Positions 29,470 through 39,533 of a stretch of DNA of 64,000 nt are shown in pieces (position 1 is the first letter of the stretch; the number at the start of each line of letters is the position of its first letter). Location of the stretch: the NCBI GenBank assembly GCA_029941565.1, contig JAPYRN010000003.1:107358-171357 (forward strand), read 5' to 3'. Made by a program: the position numbers and the translations under genes. Origin of the DNA: Candidatus Latescibacterota bacterium (GTDB lineage Bacteria > Latescibacterota > UBA2968 > UBA8231). Below the pieces are notes generated by a model. The model ran no database searches, had not been told where the DNA came from, and saw nothing but the letters and a program-made list of their open reading frames with translations.

Positions 29470-30543
29470 ATGCATATCGAAGAGTTCAACTTCGATCTTC
29501 CCGACGACCTTGTCGCCCAGTATCCTGCCGAACGCCGTGACGCGTCCCGGTTGATGGCACTCGATCGTCAGAATGGCGGTGTTGAGCATCTGCTCTTTGC
29601 CGATATCGTCGAGCGCTTGCGTCCGGAGGACGTCCTCGTCCTCAACGAGACACGTGTCGTGCCCGCCCGCCTTCGCGGGCACAAGGAGCGCACCGGTGGT
29701 CGGGTTGAATTGCTGCTGTTGCGGCGTGATCCAAAGGATGGCACCTGGCTCGCCCTGGCTCGCCCGTTACGCGGCCTGCAGTCGGGGGATTGGATCCAAT
29801 TAGATCGCGGATCCTGGAGACTGAAAGTGGTAGGCCGGGTTGGTGACCGAATTCGCCTGCGGATGCCTGCTGACGCCCACGGCGGCGCTGTCACTGACTG
29901 CGCAGATCCCACCGGACACGCGTCGGTGCTGTCCATGGAGCAGGAGGCAGGGGATATCCCCCTGCCGCCGTACATCCGGCGCGCCCCCGAATCGATAGAT
30001 TCTGACCGGTATCAGACTGTATTCGCCACCACTGATGGCTCAATCGCGGCGCCGACGGCGGGTCTACACTTCACCGAGCAATTGCTGACGGCCGTGCGGG
30101 ATCGGGGGGTTGGCGTGGAACGGCTGCTGTTGCATGTTGGCCCTGGGACCTTCGAGCCCGTGCGGACCGAGGATCCGCGTCAACATCAACTGGAAGCAGA
30201 ATTCTATCGGGTCAGTGCCACAACAGCGAACTGTATCGCTGAGCGTCGGCGGGCAGGTGGACGCTGTATCGCCGTCGGCACGACGACGGTGCGAACGCTT
30301 GAGACCTGCGCCATGGAGGGAGAGGTTCGCGCCGGGGAAGGCTGGACGGATCTGCTGATCTGCCCACCTCACGAATTCAACGTCGTCGATGCCATGGTGA
30401 CGAACTTCCATCTGCCGCGTTCGAGTCTGTTGTTGCTCGTCAGTGCACTCGCCGGGCAGCAACCGCTGCTGGCGGCTTACCAACTTGCCGTCGCCGAGAG
30501 ATACCGCTTTTACAGCTATGGTGACGCCATGTTTATCCACTAA
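29470..30543 (+). CDS. queA: S-adenosylmethionine:tRNA ribosyltransferase-isomerase
   Basis: MHIEEFNFDLPDDLVAQYPAERRDASRLM...LPPYI...HVGPGTF...; 357 aa. Confidence 0.9.
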   Translation: MHIEEFNFDLPDDLVAQYPAERRDASRLMALDRQNGGVEHLLFADIVERLRPEDVLVLNETRVVPARLRGHKERTGGRVELLLLRRDPKDGTWLALARPLRGLQSGDWIQLDRGSWRLKVVGRVGDRIRLRMPADAHGGAVTDCADPTGHASVLSMEQEAGDIPLPPYIRRAPESIDSDRYQTVFATTDGSIAAPTAGLHFTEQLLTAVRDRGVGVERLLLHVGPGTFEPVRTEDPRQHQLEAEFYRVSATTANCIAERRRAGGRCIAVGTTTVRTLETCAMEGEVRAGEGWTDLLICPPHEFNVVDAMVTNFHLPRSSLLLLVSALAGQQPLLAAYQLAVAERYRFYSYGDAMFIH

Positions 30544-30550
30544 AGCCCAA

Positions 30551-31711
30551 ATGCCGAAAACCACCGTTATTATTCCCGCCGCCGGCCGCGGCCATCGCTT
30601 TGGCGACAATACAACCCCTAAACAGTATCAGCTGTGGCAGGGGCGTCCCGTACTGTGGCATACGCTTCGTCGCTTCGATGACAGCCCTGAGGTGCAGTCC
30701 GTCGTGGTCGCCATACACCCCGAGGACAGGGAGATTTTTGCCACCCTCGCCGCCGGATTCCGCAAGCTTCAGCCCCCGGTTATGGGTGGTGCAGAGCGGT
30801 CCGATTCTGTGCGCGCCGCCCTCGCCAGCCTGCCGCCGGCGACAGCAGACGAACTCGTCCTCGTGCACGATGCCGTGCGTCCCTGGGTCTCGTTGGAACT
30901 GGTGCATGAAGTCATTGCCGCTGCGGTACTCCATAGGGCGGTGATCCCGGCACTACCGGTGACGGAAACGGTGAAGGTCGTGGCGCACGGCGTCGTGGTG
31001 GACTCACCAACGCGCAGTCGCCTATTTAACGCGCAGACACCACAGGGCTTTCATCGCGACATCATCGAACAGGCGGTTGCCGCCGCGTCGTCCGGGGCGC
31101 CGGCGACGGATGAAGCATCCCTCGTTGAGCGGATCGGTATCGACGTCCATATCATCCCGGGGGAGATTGACAACGTGAAAATTACTACCGCCAGCGATCT
31201 GCAGTCACAGAACATGAGCGACCTACGCGTCGGCATGGGGTATGATGTCCACGCATTTGCCGCGGGTCGTCCACTGATTCTTGGAGGGGTCCCAATCGCC
31301 CACGATCGCGGACTGGCGGGACACTCGGATGCTGACGTACTCGTCCATGCCGTGATCGACGCCCTGCTGGGAGCTGCCCGGCTCGGGGATATCGGTCGAC
31401 TCTTTCCCGACGACGATCCCGCATATGAAGGCATCGACAGTCTACTCCTTCTTGAGCGAGTCGGTCACCGATTACGGGATGGCAATATGGGGGTGGTCAA
31501 CGTCGATGCCGTCATCATGGCACAAGTGCCGAAGCTGGCGCCTCACGTTGACGCAATGTGTGCCGCCATGGCGGCGGCGCTGAGTGTGCCGGCCGAAAGG
31601 GTTTCGGTAAAGGCGACGACGACCGAACGACTGGGCTTCGTGGGACGCGAGGAGGGTATGGCGGCACAGGCGACGGCACTGTTGAGGATCCCTGTGGCGA
31701 CCCTGACGTGA
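30551..31711 (+). CDS. ispDF: Bifunctional MEP cytidylyltransferase / MEcPP synthase IspDF
   Basis: Track ORF 30443..31711. Start ATG 30551 (MPKTTVIIPAAGRGHRFG). IspD N-half; IspF C-half (GYDVHAF...HSDADVLVHAVIDALLGA). Confidence 0.9.
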   Translation: MPKTTVIIPAAGRGHRFGDNTTPKQYQLWQGRPVLWHTLRRFDDSPEVQSVVVAIHPEDREIFATLAAGFRKLQPPVMGGAERSDSVRAALASLPPATADELVLVHDAVRPWVSLELVHEVIAAAVLHRAVIPALPVTETVKVVAHGVVVDSPTRSRLFNAQTPQGFHRDIIEQAVAAASSGAPATDEASLVERIGIDVHIIPGEIDNVKITTASDLQSQNMSDLRVGMGYDVHAFAAGRPLILGGVPIAHDRGLAGHSDADVLVHAVIDALLGAARLGDIGRLFPDDDPAYEGIDSLLLLERVGHRLRDGNMGVVNVDAVIMAQVPKLAPHVDAMCAAMAAALSVPAERVSVKATTTERLGFVGREEGMAAQATALLRIPVATLT

Positions 31712-32361
31712 GCACCTGGATCGAACAGGCTGTTGCTCACATCGGCGATTGGCCGCCACTTCTGGCGTATGGGGCTCTCGTGCTGAGCGCTTTTCTGGAG
31801 AATGTCCTGCCGCCGGTTCCCGGTGACCTCGTCGTGGTCTTGTCTGCCTATCTGGCGGGACGGGGTGTGCTCGACTGGTTGCTGGTCTATCTGTGCACCT
31901 GTCTGGGAGGCACGGGGGGATTCCTCCTCATGTACTATCTTGGCCGCACACGGGGTCGCTCTTTTCTGCGGGGTCGCGCCGGTGGGATGATCATGTCCTC
32001 CTCCGCAAGCCTCGAACGGGTGGAGAGTTGGTTGTCGCGATACGGCGTGTGGCTGGTGCTCGGCAACCGCTTTCTTAGCGGAATTCGCTCCGTTATCGCC
32101 CTGGCTGCGGGTATGGGGGGGATGAACTGGCGCCCGGTGGCCATTTTGGGTGGGGTCAGCATGCTGCTGTGGAACGGGGTATTGCTCTGCGCCGGATGGA
32201 AGGTGGGGCAGAACTGGGAAGATGTTACCTACTGGCTGAGTAGATACAATCGAGTCATCGGCGGCCTGCTCGCAGTTTTGGCCCTGTCCGTCGCCTGTCG
32301 CTGGTGGCGTCGACGTTCCACGGAGGGGTCTTCTGTTGACAGTCCCTCTGAGGGCACGTAG
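31708..32361 (+). CDS. DedA/SNARE-associated family membrane protein
   Basis: GTG 31708 overlaps the ispDF stop (GTGA). DedA motifs FLENVLPPVPGD...GYLGRTRGRSFL. Confidence 0.75.
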   Translation: MSTWIEQAVAHIGDWPPLLAYGALVLSAFLENVLPPVPGDLVVVLSAYLAGRGVLDWLLVYLCTCLGGTGGFLLMYYLGRTRGRSFLRGRAGGMIMSSSASLERVESWLSRYGVWLVLGNRFLSGIRSVIALAAGMGGMNWRPVAILGGVSMLLWNGVLLCAGWKVGQNWEDVTYWLSRYNRVIGGLLAVLALSVACRWWRRRSTEGSSVDSPSEGT

Positions 32362-32436
32362 CTTTGGTGTTTCGTACCGCCATGTGCGGTGAATCATATT
32401 TTTGGTCCTAAAGTTCAGCACAGGTAGAGACTTACG

Positions 32437-32871
32437 GTGACGACCAAGAGCTACACGCCGCGAGCCGGCGAGATCGAGCGGCGCTGGTACGTCGTGGATG
32501 CAGATGGCAAAACCCTCGGCCGCCTCGCATCGCAGATCGCCCACGTCTTGCGGGGCAAGCACAAGCCGACCTACTCGCCACATATGGATCTCGGCGATCA
32601 CATCGTCGTGATCAATGCCGAAAAGATCCGGGTGACAGGACGTAAGGCCGAGCAGAAGGTCTACTATCGGCACACCGGTTATCCTGGTGGGCTGCGTACG
32701 ACGACCTATGAAGATATGCTCAACAAGCACCCCGAGCGTATCCTCCGTACTGCGATCAAAGGCATGATGCCAAACAATATCCTCGGTCGCCAAATGTTCA
32801 AGAAGCTGCGCGTCTACGCTGGCCCCGATCATGGTCATGCCGCCCAGCAGCCCGAGGCGCTGAGCCTGTAG
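32437..32871 (+). CDS. rplM: 50S ribosomal protein L13
   Basis: [35 protein letters not shown]... Confidence 0.95.
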   Translation: MTTKSYTPRAGEIERRWYVVDADGKTLGRLASQIAHVLRGKHKPTYSPHMDLGDHIVVINAEKIRVTGRKAEQKVYYRHTGYPGGLRTTTYEDMLNKHPERILRTAIKGMMPNNILGRQMFKKLRVYAGPDHGHAAQQPEALSL

Positions 32872-32907
32872 GTTCAGTTTTTTAAGCACCTTTAACAATG
32901 AGAGATC

Positions 32908-33303
32908 ATGGCTGAAGAGCAGCGATTCGAGGCCACCGGCCGCCGCAAGACTTCCGTCGCACGCGTGCGCATCCGCCCGGGTTCCGGGCAGATCATCATC
33001 AATGGGCGCTCAGTCGAGGAATATCTCCGCCGCGACGCCCTCGAAATGATCATGGTACAGCCCCTGCAGCTGACGGAAACACGGGACAAGTTCGACATTC
33101 ATATCAGCAGCAGTGGTGGTGGTTTGCGTGGGCAAGCAGGCGCCATGTCGCTGGGCATCGCCCGCGCCCTGCTCTCCTCCGACCCGACATTGCGCGCCAC
33201 GCTCAAGCGCGCTGGATTCCTCACCCGCGACTCACGGGAGAAGGAACGCAAGAAGTACGGACTCGCTGGCGCGCGCAAGCGTTTCCAGTTTTCGAAACGA
33301 TAG
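32908..33303 (+). CDS. rpsI: 30S ribosomal protein S9
   Basis: C-terminal ...GLAGARKRFQFSKR. Confidence 0.95.
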   Translation: MAEEQRFEATGRRKTSVARVRIRPGSGQIIINGRSVEEYLRRDALEMIMVQPLQLTETRDKFDIHISSSGGGLRGQAGAMSLGIARALLSSDPTLRATLKRAGFLTRDSREKERKKYGLAGARKRFQFSKR

Positions 33304-33324
33304 CAAATTGCGCTACCTCTTTTT

Positions 33325-33353
33325 CGAGAATGGCTAGACTGCGACCATTCTCG
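33325..33353 (+). terminator. Perfect 9-bp hairpin directly after rpsI (candidate rplM-rpsI terminator / rpsB leader element)
   Basis: CGAGAATGG-11 nt loop-CCATTCTCG, preceded by a T5 run. Flanked by direct repeats AATTGCGCTA at 33306 and 33366. Confidence 0.4.
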
Positions 33354-33409
33354 ATGGCAACAAGAATTGCGCTATCGTTTCGCTATCGTCCCGACAGTAT
33401 TACCGGTTT

Positions 33410-33437
33410 GAGTTCGGCCCCAGAAGGGGCCGAACTC
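33410..33437 (+). promoter_or_regulatory. Perfect 12-bp GC-rich hairpin in the rpsB 5' leader (candidate S2 autoregulatory / attenuator structure)
   Basis: GAGTTCGGCCCC agaa GGGGCCGAACTC, located 135 nt upstream of the rpsB start. Confidence 0.35.
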
Positions 33438-33572
33438 GTAAATGGGCCGCTGTTTGGCGGTTCATAACGCACGCCTTCCTGATGCCCGCGGGGGTGCTGA
33501 CCGTCAAGCTGGTCATAGCTTCGGTTGGTTCCGTGTCGCACGTGACGGGGGCGGAGGCAATAACCCCATTTT

Positions 33573-34355
33573 ATGGAGTCGCATCGTATGACCGTACCAA
33601 TACAGGATCTGCTCGAAGCCGGCACACACTTCGGCCATCAGACGCGCCGTTGGAATCCGAAGATGAAGCCATTCATCTTCACGGAGCGCAATGGAATTCA
33701 TCTCATCGACCTCAATAAATCGGTGCGCCGCATCGAAGCAGCCTCCGAGATCGTGCGCAAGACGGCACAGTCGGGCAAGGCAGTGCTTTTCGTCGGGACG
33801 AAGCCGCAGGCAAGGGACGTGATCCGCGAGGAAGCGGAGCGCTGCAACATGTTCTTTGTCACCGAGCGTTGGCTGGGCGGTATGCTGACAAATTGGCAGA
33901 CAATCAAGCAGAACATCCGCCACCTCGATCATCTTGACCGCATCTCCCAGGACGGCACGTACGAAAAACTGAAGAAGAAGGAAGTCCTGCTGTTGGAGAA
34001 GGAGCGGAAGCGTATGGTGAAGACCTTGGAAGGCATTCGCAAAATGAATGGCCTGCCAGGTTTGATCTACATCGTCGATATCATCAGGGAGCACGGCGCC
34101 ATCTCCGAAGCGCAGAAGCTCGGTATTCCCTCGGTGGCCATCGTCGACACCAATTGTGATCCCGATCAGGTCGAGTTCCCGATCCCAGGCAATGATGATG
34201 CCATTCGCTCTATTCAGGTGATCACCCATGAAATGGCGGACGCAGTGATCGAAGGTCGCGCCGCCAATGAGAAGGGCAAGGGGGCGCGCACAGAAGAGGA
34301 CGAAGAGACCACGGACGTTACGTCGTCAGGCACCGAGGCTAAAGCGACGGCCTGA
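33573..34355 (+). CDS. rpsB: 30S ribosomal protein S2
   Basis: LLEAGTHFGHQTRRWNPKM...; an alternative start Met lies at 33588. Confidence 0.95.
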   Translation: MESHRMTVPIQDLLEAGTHFGHQTRRWNPKMKPFIFTERNGIHLIDLNKSVRRIEAASEIVRKTAQSGKAVLFVGTKPQARDVIREEAERCNMFFVTERWLGGMLTNWQTIKQNIRHLDHLDRISQDGTYEKLKKKEVLLLEKERKRMVKTLEGIRKMNGLPGLIYIVDIIREHGAISEAQKLGIPSVAIVDTNCDPDQVEFPIPGNDDAIRSIQVITHEMADAVIEGRAANEKGKGARTEEDEETTDVTSSGTEAKATA

Positions 34356-34416
34356 GGGGACACGCCAGGGGCGAGTCTAAAGGGTCCAGAACGAAGAACC
34401 AAGAGAAAGACTAGGA

Positions 34417-35016
34417 ATGGCAGATATTACCGCCGTTGCTGTGCGCGAGTTGCGCGAGCGTACCGGCATCGGCATGATGCAATGTAAGAAGGCTCTCGTC
34501 GAAACCGACGGGGATATGGAGAAGGCGGTTGAGCACCTGAGGAAAAAGGGCATGGCCGCCGTCGAGAAACGAGCCGGGCGTGATGCCAACGAAGGTGTTG
34601 TCATGTCGTACATCCACCCTGGTAGCCGTCTGGGTGTTCTTGTCGAGGTCAACTGTGAGACCGATTTTGTAGCCCGGACAGAGGATTTCCAGGCATTCGC
34701 ACGCGGTGTCGCCATGCATATTGCTGCGGAGGGCCCGGTTGCGGTGAGTCGTGAGGAGATCGATCCGGCGACGATCGACAAAGAAAAAGAGATCTACCTC
34801 GAACAGGCCAAAAACGAGGGCAAGCCGGAGCACATCGCCGAGAAGATTGTCAGTGGCCGCCTGGACAAATATTACCAGGAGGTCTGCCTGCTGGAGCAGG
34901 CATTCGTCAAGGATCCGGACAAGACGATTCAGGATCTCGTCACGGAATTGACGGCCAAGATCGGTGAGAAGATCACGGTGCGGCGCTTTTCCTGTTTCCG
35001 CCTCGGTGAATCCTGA
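34417..35016 (+). CDS. tsf: Elongation factor Ts (short form)
   Basis: [45 protein letters not shown]... Confidence 0.9.
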   Translation: MADITAVAVRELRERTGIGMMQCKKALVETDGDMEKAVEHLRKKGMAAVEKRAGRDANEGVVMSYIHPGSRLGVLVEVNCETDFVARTEDFQAFARGVAMHIAAEGPVAVSREEIDPATIDKEKEIYLEQAKNEGKPEHIAEKIVSGRLDKYYQEVCLLEQAFVKDPDKTIQDLVTELTAKIGEKITVRRFSCFRLGES

Positions 35017-35054
35017 TTGGACCAGGTCTCCGGGCAGGGATTGGTAATTGACAC

Positions 35055-35615
35055 ATGATCGACGAGATTCTCAGCGAGACCGAGCAGCACATGACGGCGG
35101 CCCTGGCGTCGATGCAGCGCGCCTTGGGTGGGATTCGTACAGGGCGTGCGACTACGTCGATGCTCGACGGTATCCGCGTCAGCTATTATGGCACGCCAAC
35201 GCCACTCAACCAGTTGTCGACGGTGAGTGTGCCGGAGGCACGGCTTGTGGTCATCAAACCGTATGAGGCCAATCTCATCGGTGATATCGAGAAGGCCATC
35301 CGTGCCGACCCCACTCTCGGACTCAATCCGAGCAACGACGGTGAAATCATCCGACTACCGATTCCGGAATTGACAGAAGAGCGTCGTATTGAGCTGACCA
35401 AAGTCGCTCGCAGTCGTGCCGAAGATGGACGCGTTGCTGTGCGTCACGGTAGGCGTGAGGGTCTTGACCTGATCGACGAGGCACAAAAAGAGGGTGAGGT
35501 CTCAGAGGATGACTCACGCACTGGGCATGACCGCATTCAGGCCTTGACCGACGATTTTGTCAAACGGATCGATGAGATGATCATAAGCAAAGAAGCGGAG
35601 ATCATGGAGGTTTAG
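35055..35615 (+). CDS. frr: Ribosome recycling factor
   Basis: 186 aa with RTGRATTSMLDGIRVSYYGTPTPLNQL. Follows tsf directly with no pyrH between them. Confidence 0.93.
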   Translation: MIDEILSETEQHMTAALASMQRALGGIRTGRATTSMLDGIRVSYYGTPTPLNQLSTVSVPEARLVVIKPYEANLIGDIEKAIRADPTLGLNPSNDGEIIRLPIPELTEERRIELTKVARSRAEDGRVAVRHGRREGLDLIDEAQKEGEVSEDDSRTGHDRIQALTDDFVKRIDEMIISKEAEIMEV

Positions 35616-35820
35616 TGGTAAATCGAGCCATGCTGCGCTGGTACGTATGGTAGGCGACTTGGGTTGTCCCAGGTCGCCTAACTGCGTTCTGGAAGGAGTA
35701 TGAGGCAAGGATCAACGGCGGCGACGGCGGTTGCGGGGCTTCGGCCCGTCCTCACGTTGCTGAATGCTGTCGAGAAACCGATCTTCGAGATTTTCGCGCC
35801 GCTCGATGAGACCGCCCTCA

Positions 35821-36435
35821 TTACCTGCTCGACTGTTGTGATTCGGGCTGGGGGGTGAGTTGTCCAGTGGTAGCACTGTCAGCCGGGATCAGTTCTTCCC
35901 GGCGGCGTTGCAGCACTGCGAGTTTGTGCTGCTGCAGATGCGCCAACTCCTGTAGATTCTGTAGTTGTGCCTCGCGCTTGAGCAGATCCATGTGCAGGCC
36001 GTCGAGAGCGACATCAGCAACGTTCTGCTGCGCCGCCAACTCCTCGGGGTCCAGTTCGTCGAGTCGACGGCTGCGAGTGTCGATTTCCTCGCCGAGGAGG
36101 CGTCGTCGGCCAGCAAGCAACCGCAACTGCAGACGGTTGTTGCGGCGGTGCCGGATGCGAAGTGCGGCCAAGATCGCAACGACGCCGGCCAAAGCGAAGG
36201 CGGCAGGCAGAATCCAGAGTATCAGAGGCTGTCCTTCTTGCAGGATCGTGTTGTGCGAGTGTAATTTAGGGTTTCTACCGCTGAACCTGCAAACGTGCAG
36301 AGATAGATGACAGAAACTACCGACAAGAATCTTGTGCCCAAGTTGCAGGTAGAAATCACACGCCTGACGGAAGAGAATAACAAGCTGCGCGCCAGCAATC
36401 GCCGTTGGATGCGAATCGCTGGTACAGATTCCCAC
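35821..36435 (-). CDS. Hypothetical membrane-anchored coiled-coil protein (start uncertain; functional part probably about 35821-36225)
   Basis: A TM helix (LILWILPAAFALAGVVAILAAL) is followed by an R/L/Q-rich coiled coil. No canonical start near the TM segment. The 5' part of the ORF overlaps the GGDEF pseudogene antisense. Confidence 0.3.
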   Translation of the reverse strand: MGICTSDSHPTAIAGAQLVILFRQACDFYLQLGHKILVGSFCHLSLHVCRFSGRNPKLHSHNTILQEGQPLILWILPAAFALAGVVAILAALRIRHRRNNRLQLRLLAGRRRLLGEEIDTRSRRLDELDPEELAAQQNVADVALDGLHMDLLKREAQLQNLQELAHLQQHKLAVLQRRREELIPADSATTGQLTPQPESQQSSR

Positions 36436-36891
36436 TCAGGCTTGCCAAACAAGGTGTTTTTCACCACTGCCATGTTACCCCAGGTCATCAGCAGCTCCAA
36501 TGCAGAGGGTCAGCCCATAGCATGTGTGATGATTGCCCCCGATCGGTTGGGCGAACACAATGCGAAGTACGGGCGCAAAGGAGGGGACGAGATGATGGCG
36601 CCAATTTCATCCTCGGCATGCCCAATGGGGATACTTCTCGTGGCAAGCGGCGCAGTCTAAATCTTCGGGCCCGCGCCATGAACCGTCAGTTCGAATGTCT
36701 TGGTGATCAGATCTCTCTGGCGATGAGTTTCGGTCTCGTCTCCCGCAAGCCGACGTCGGAGGACAAGAAGGTTGAGGTCAAAGATCGTCGAGGAGTTACT
36801 ATCCCGTCTGGAGGCTGCGCTCGACAAGGCGAAGGAGATGGGCGACGACCGTACTTTCGAGGATCCGGAGACGGAATTCTAAGTCCAGTGT
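36307..36891 (+). pseudogene. GGDEF diguanylate cyclase with N-terminal coiled coil, disrupted by at least two frameshifts
   Basis: Frame A reads LTEENNKLRA...DSHSGLPNKVFFTTAM...GQPIACVMIAPDRLGEHNAKYGRKGGDEMM. The frame then shifts to ANFILGMPNGDTSRG...ISLAMSFGLV, then shifts again to LLSRLEAALDKAKEMGDDRTF at the C-terminus. Confidence 0.6.
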
Positions 36892-36973
36892 CGCGCGAAC
36901 CGGCTGCCCTGGCCCAGCGCGCCCATAAGCCCGAATTTCACAGGTTATCTCACCGACAGGATATTGGAGCTAC

Positions 36974-37846
36974 ATGATCCTGTCGTTCTTTCGCTCCATC
37001 CGTCCGCAGCAGTGGGTGAAGAATGCGGTCGTGCTTGCGGCGGTCATGTTCTCCGAACATCTGCTGGACTCCAGCTATGTGCTCACCGCCCTGGCTGCCG
37101 CTGGTGCCTTTGTCCTGCTGAGCTCGGCGATCTATCTCGTCAACGATCTGGCTGATGCCGAAGCCGACCGGCGTCACCCGGACAAGGCGAGTCGGCCCAT
37201 TGCCAGTGGCGATCTGTCAGCACCTGTGGCCTGGGTCGCAGCCGTCGCTCTGTTGGGGGGAGGGCTCGGGGCGGCTGCCCTCCTGCATCGCAACTTTCTT
37301 TTCGTTGGTTTGACCTACACGGCGTTGAATCTGGCCTACTCCTTTGGTCTGAAACGAACTGTACTGGTCGATATTCTGATCGTCGCCGCCGGATTCCTGT
37401 TGCGTGCCGTGGGCGGAGCGGTCGTCATAGACGTGGCAATTTCGACCTGGTTCATCCTCTGCACCTTTACGCTGACCTTGTTTCTTGCTGCAGCCAAGCG
37501 GCGAGGGGAGTTGGTGCGCTTCGAGGGTGACGCGGCACTGCATCGTACCTCCCTCGGCTCTTACGACGTGGCCTATCTCGATCAGGTTATGTCGATTCTG
37601 GCATCGGCGACCGTCGTCTGTTATGCGCTCTATGCGATGGGAGTCGGGGAGGGGGGCGTTACCGCCAGCCACCAGATGCAATGGACGATACCTTTCGTCC
37701 TGTATGGCGTACTTCGCTATCTATTCCTGGTACATCGAGGAGAAGGGGACGATCCCACAGCGCTGCTTTGGCGCGATCGGCCACTGCAGGTGAATCTGCT
37801 GCTCTGGGGAGGGCTTAGCCTGGGGTTGGTCTACGGATCGAACTGA
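36974..37846 (+). CDS. UbiA-family prenyltransferase, decaprenyl-phosphate phosphoribosyltransferase (DPPR synthase)-like
   Basis: SIRPQQWVKNAVVLAA...YLVNDLADAEADRRHPDKASRPIASG closely follows the DPPR-synthase signature. Eight to nine predicted TM helices. Confidence 0.75.
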   Translation: MILSFFRSIRPQQWVKNAVVLAAVMFSEHLLDSSYVLTALAAAGAFVLLSSAIYLVNDLADAEADRRHPDKASRPIASGDLSAPVAWVAAVALLGGGLGAAALLHRNFLFVGLTYTALNLAYSFGLKRTVLVDILIVAAGFLLRAVGGAVVIDVAISTWFILCTFTLTLFLAAAKRRGELVRFEGDAALHRTSLGSYDVAYLDQVMSILASATVVCYALYAMGVGEGGVTASHQMQWTIPFVLYGVLRYLFLVHRGEGDDPTALLWRDRPLQVNLLLWGGLSLGLVYGSN

Positions 37847-37899
37847 CGGCGTAGACGAAACAGAAACGGCGCCCCCATCGTCCGGTGGCGCCGCTGTAC

Positions 37900-37975
37900 T
37901 GGTGGAGCAGATCGGGATCGAACCGACGACCTCAGCGTTGCAAACGCCGCGCTCTCCCAACTGAGCTACTGCCCC
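37900..37975 (-). tRNA. tRNA-Ala (anticodon UGC), CCA-encoded
   Basis: Reverse complement GGGGCAGTAGCTCAGTTGGGAGAGCGCGGCGTTTGCAACGCTGAGGTCGTCGGTTCGATCCCGATCTGCTCCACCA. G3:U70 alanine identity pair and TGC anticodon in a 7-nt loop. The downstream hairpin CGGCGCC-13-GGCGCCG (37871-37897) followed by a T-rich run on the minus strand looks like its terminator. Confidence 0.92.
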
Positions 37976-38321
37976 AACAACCGTGCCGCGCTCAGCCTGC
38001 CGCCGTCTCGTCCTCGTCGTCGGCGCCACCTTCTTCGAAGCGCAGAAGGATCGTGGATGCGATAAACAGCGAGAAGAACGTGAAGCCGAAAAGGTCAGCG
38101 CGCACGTGATCCCATGCTTGTCCGACTCGGTCGATCGTATAACCGCCCAAGCAGATCAGATACAGCACGATGCTACCGAGCTGAAGTCGTTCGAGAAAGT
38201 CCTTGCTCTTGGCCCACGCCATGCTGCTGGCACTCTCCTGACGCGACAGTCATAACTACCTTTAATCTTTGCAAGATAGAGATGGCCGTACAGAAGGTCA
38301 ATCACGCTACAGGAGAGTGCC

Positions 38322-39497
38322 ATGCCCGACGCCGTTATTATCAGCGCCGTACGAACCGCCATCGGCACCTACGGCGGCGCACTGCGGGATATCAGTCCGA
38401 TCACCCTCGGTCGAGAGGCCGTTTCCGCAGCCATGGCACAGGCCAAAATCGCGCCAGAGGCCGTGGACGAGGTTATCCTCGGCATGATCTACCAGGGGGG
38501 CCAGGGGCCGAATCCGGCGCGTCAGGCAGCAGTCCATGCCGGCATCCCGCACGCGGTGCCGGCGATGACGGTGAACAAGCTCTGTGGTTCCGGTCTCAAG
38601 GCGGTGGCTCTGGCTGCCTCCGCCGTGCGATCGGGTGAAGCCATCGCCATCGTTGCGGGCGGTATGGAGAGCATGAGTGGGGCCCTTTACGGTCTGGCTG
38701 GATCGCGTTGGGGAGAACGAATGGGTCACGGGCAGGTGACGGATCTGATGATCATGGATGGTCTGTGGGACTGCTTTTACGACTGCCATATGGGGATCAC
38801 GGCGGAGAATCTTGCCGATGAATATGGGGTGACTCGCCAGGCGCAGGACGAGTACGCTTTGCAGAGTCAGCAGCGATATGCTGAAGCCCAAGCGCAGGGG
38901 CATTTCGTCGACGAGATCATTCCCATCGAGATCCCGCGCAAGACGGACCCCCTCCTGTTTGATATCGACGAGCATCCGCGCCCGGATGCTGCTCTGGAGA
39001 GCCTGGCAAAACTGCGCCCGGCATTCGACGAGGAGGGGACCGTAACTGCAGGCAACACCTCGGGGCTGAATGATGGTGCCGCGGCGGTGACCGTCGTAGC
39101 AGAGTCGGAGGCGGAAGCGCTCGGCATCGAACCGTTGGCGCGCGTCGTCGACGCCGTGTCGGTAGGCGTAGATCCGAGGGTGATGGGCATCGGCCCGGCG
39201 CCGGCGATCGAGAAGCTGCTCAACCGCAACGGGCTGACGCTGGCCGACATCGACCTGTTGGAGGTCAACGAAGCCTTTGCCGCACAGGTATTGGCCGTTG
39301 GTCAACGACTCGACTGGGACGGGGAGCGGGTCAACGTACATGGCGGGGCCATTGCCCTCGGGCATCCTGTCGGCGCCAGTGGCGCACGGATCCTCGTCAC
39401 GCTGCTGCATGAGATGCGGCGTCGAGATGCCCGACGGGGCATTGCCGCATTGTGCATCGGTGGCGGTATGGGCATCGCTGCCCTGTTCGAGCGCTGA
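38322..39497 (+). CDS. Acetyl-CoA C-acetyltransferase (thiolase II)
   Basis: AVIISAVRTAIGTYGG...NKLCGSGLKAV...GNTSGLNDGAA...CIGGGMGIA; 391 aa. Confidence 0.92.
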   Translation: MPDAVIISAVRTAIGTYGGALRDISPITLGREAVSAAMAQAKIAPEAVDEVILGMIYQGGQGPNPARQAAVHAGIPHAVPAMTVNKLCGSGLKAVALAASAVRSGEAIAIVAGGMESMSGALYGLAGSRWGERMGHGQVTDLMIMDGLWDCFYDCHMGITAENLADEYGVTRQAQDEYALQSQQRYAEAQAQGHFVDEIIPIEIPRKTDPLLFDIDEHPRPDAALESLAKLRPAFDEEGTVTAGNTSGLNDGAAAVTVVAESEAEALGIEPLARVVDAVSVGVDPRVMGIGPAPAIEKLLNRNGLTLADIDLLEVNEAFAAQVLAVGQRLDWDGERVNVHGGAIALGHPVGASGARILVTLLHEMRRRDARRGIAALCIGGGMGIAALFER

Positions 39498-39533
39498 CGG
39501 AGACGGCATGGACACCGTCTCCGTCGGTCAGCC

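Noticed and set aside
37992-38222. 76-aa minus-strand ORF between tRNA-Ala and the thiolase gene (two predicted TM helices)
   Set aside because: It has no homology signal, no convincing RBS, and overlaps plus-strand ORFs. It could be a real small membrane protein, but the evidence is insufficient to call it.
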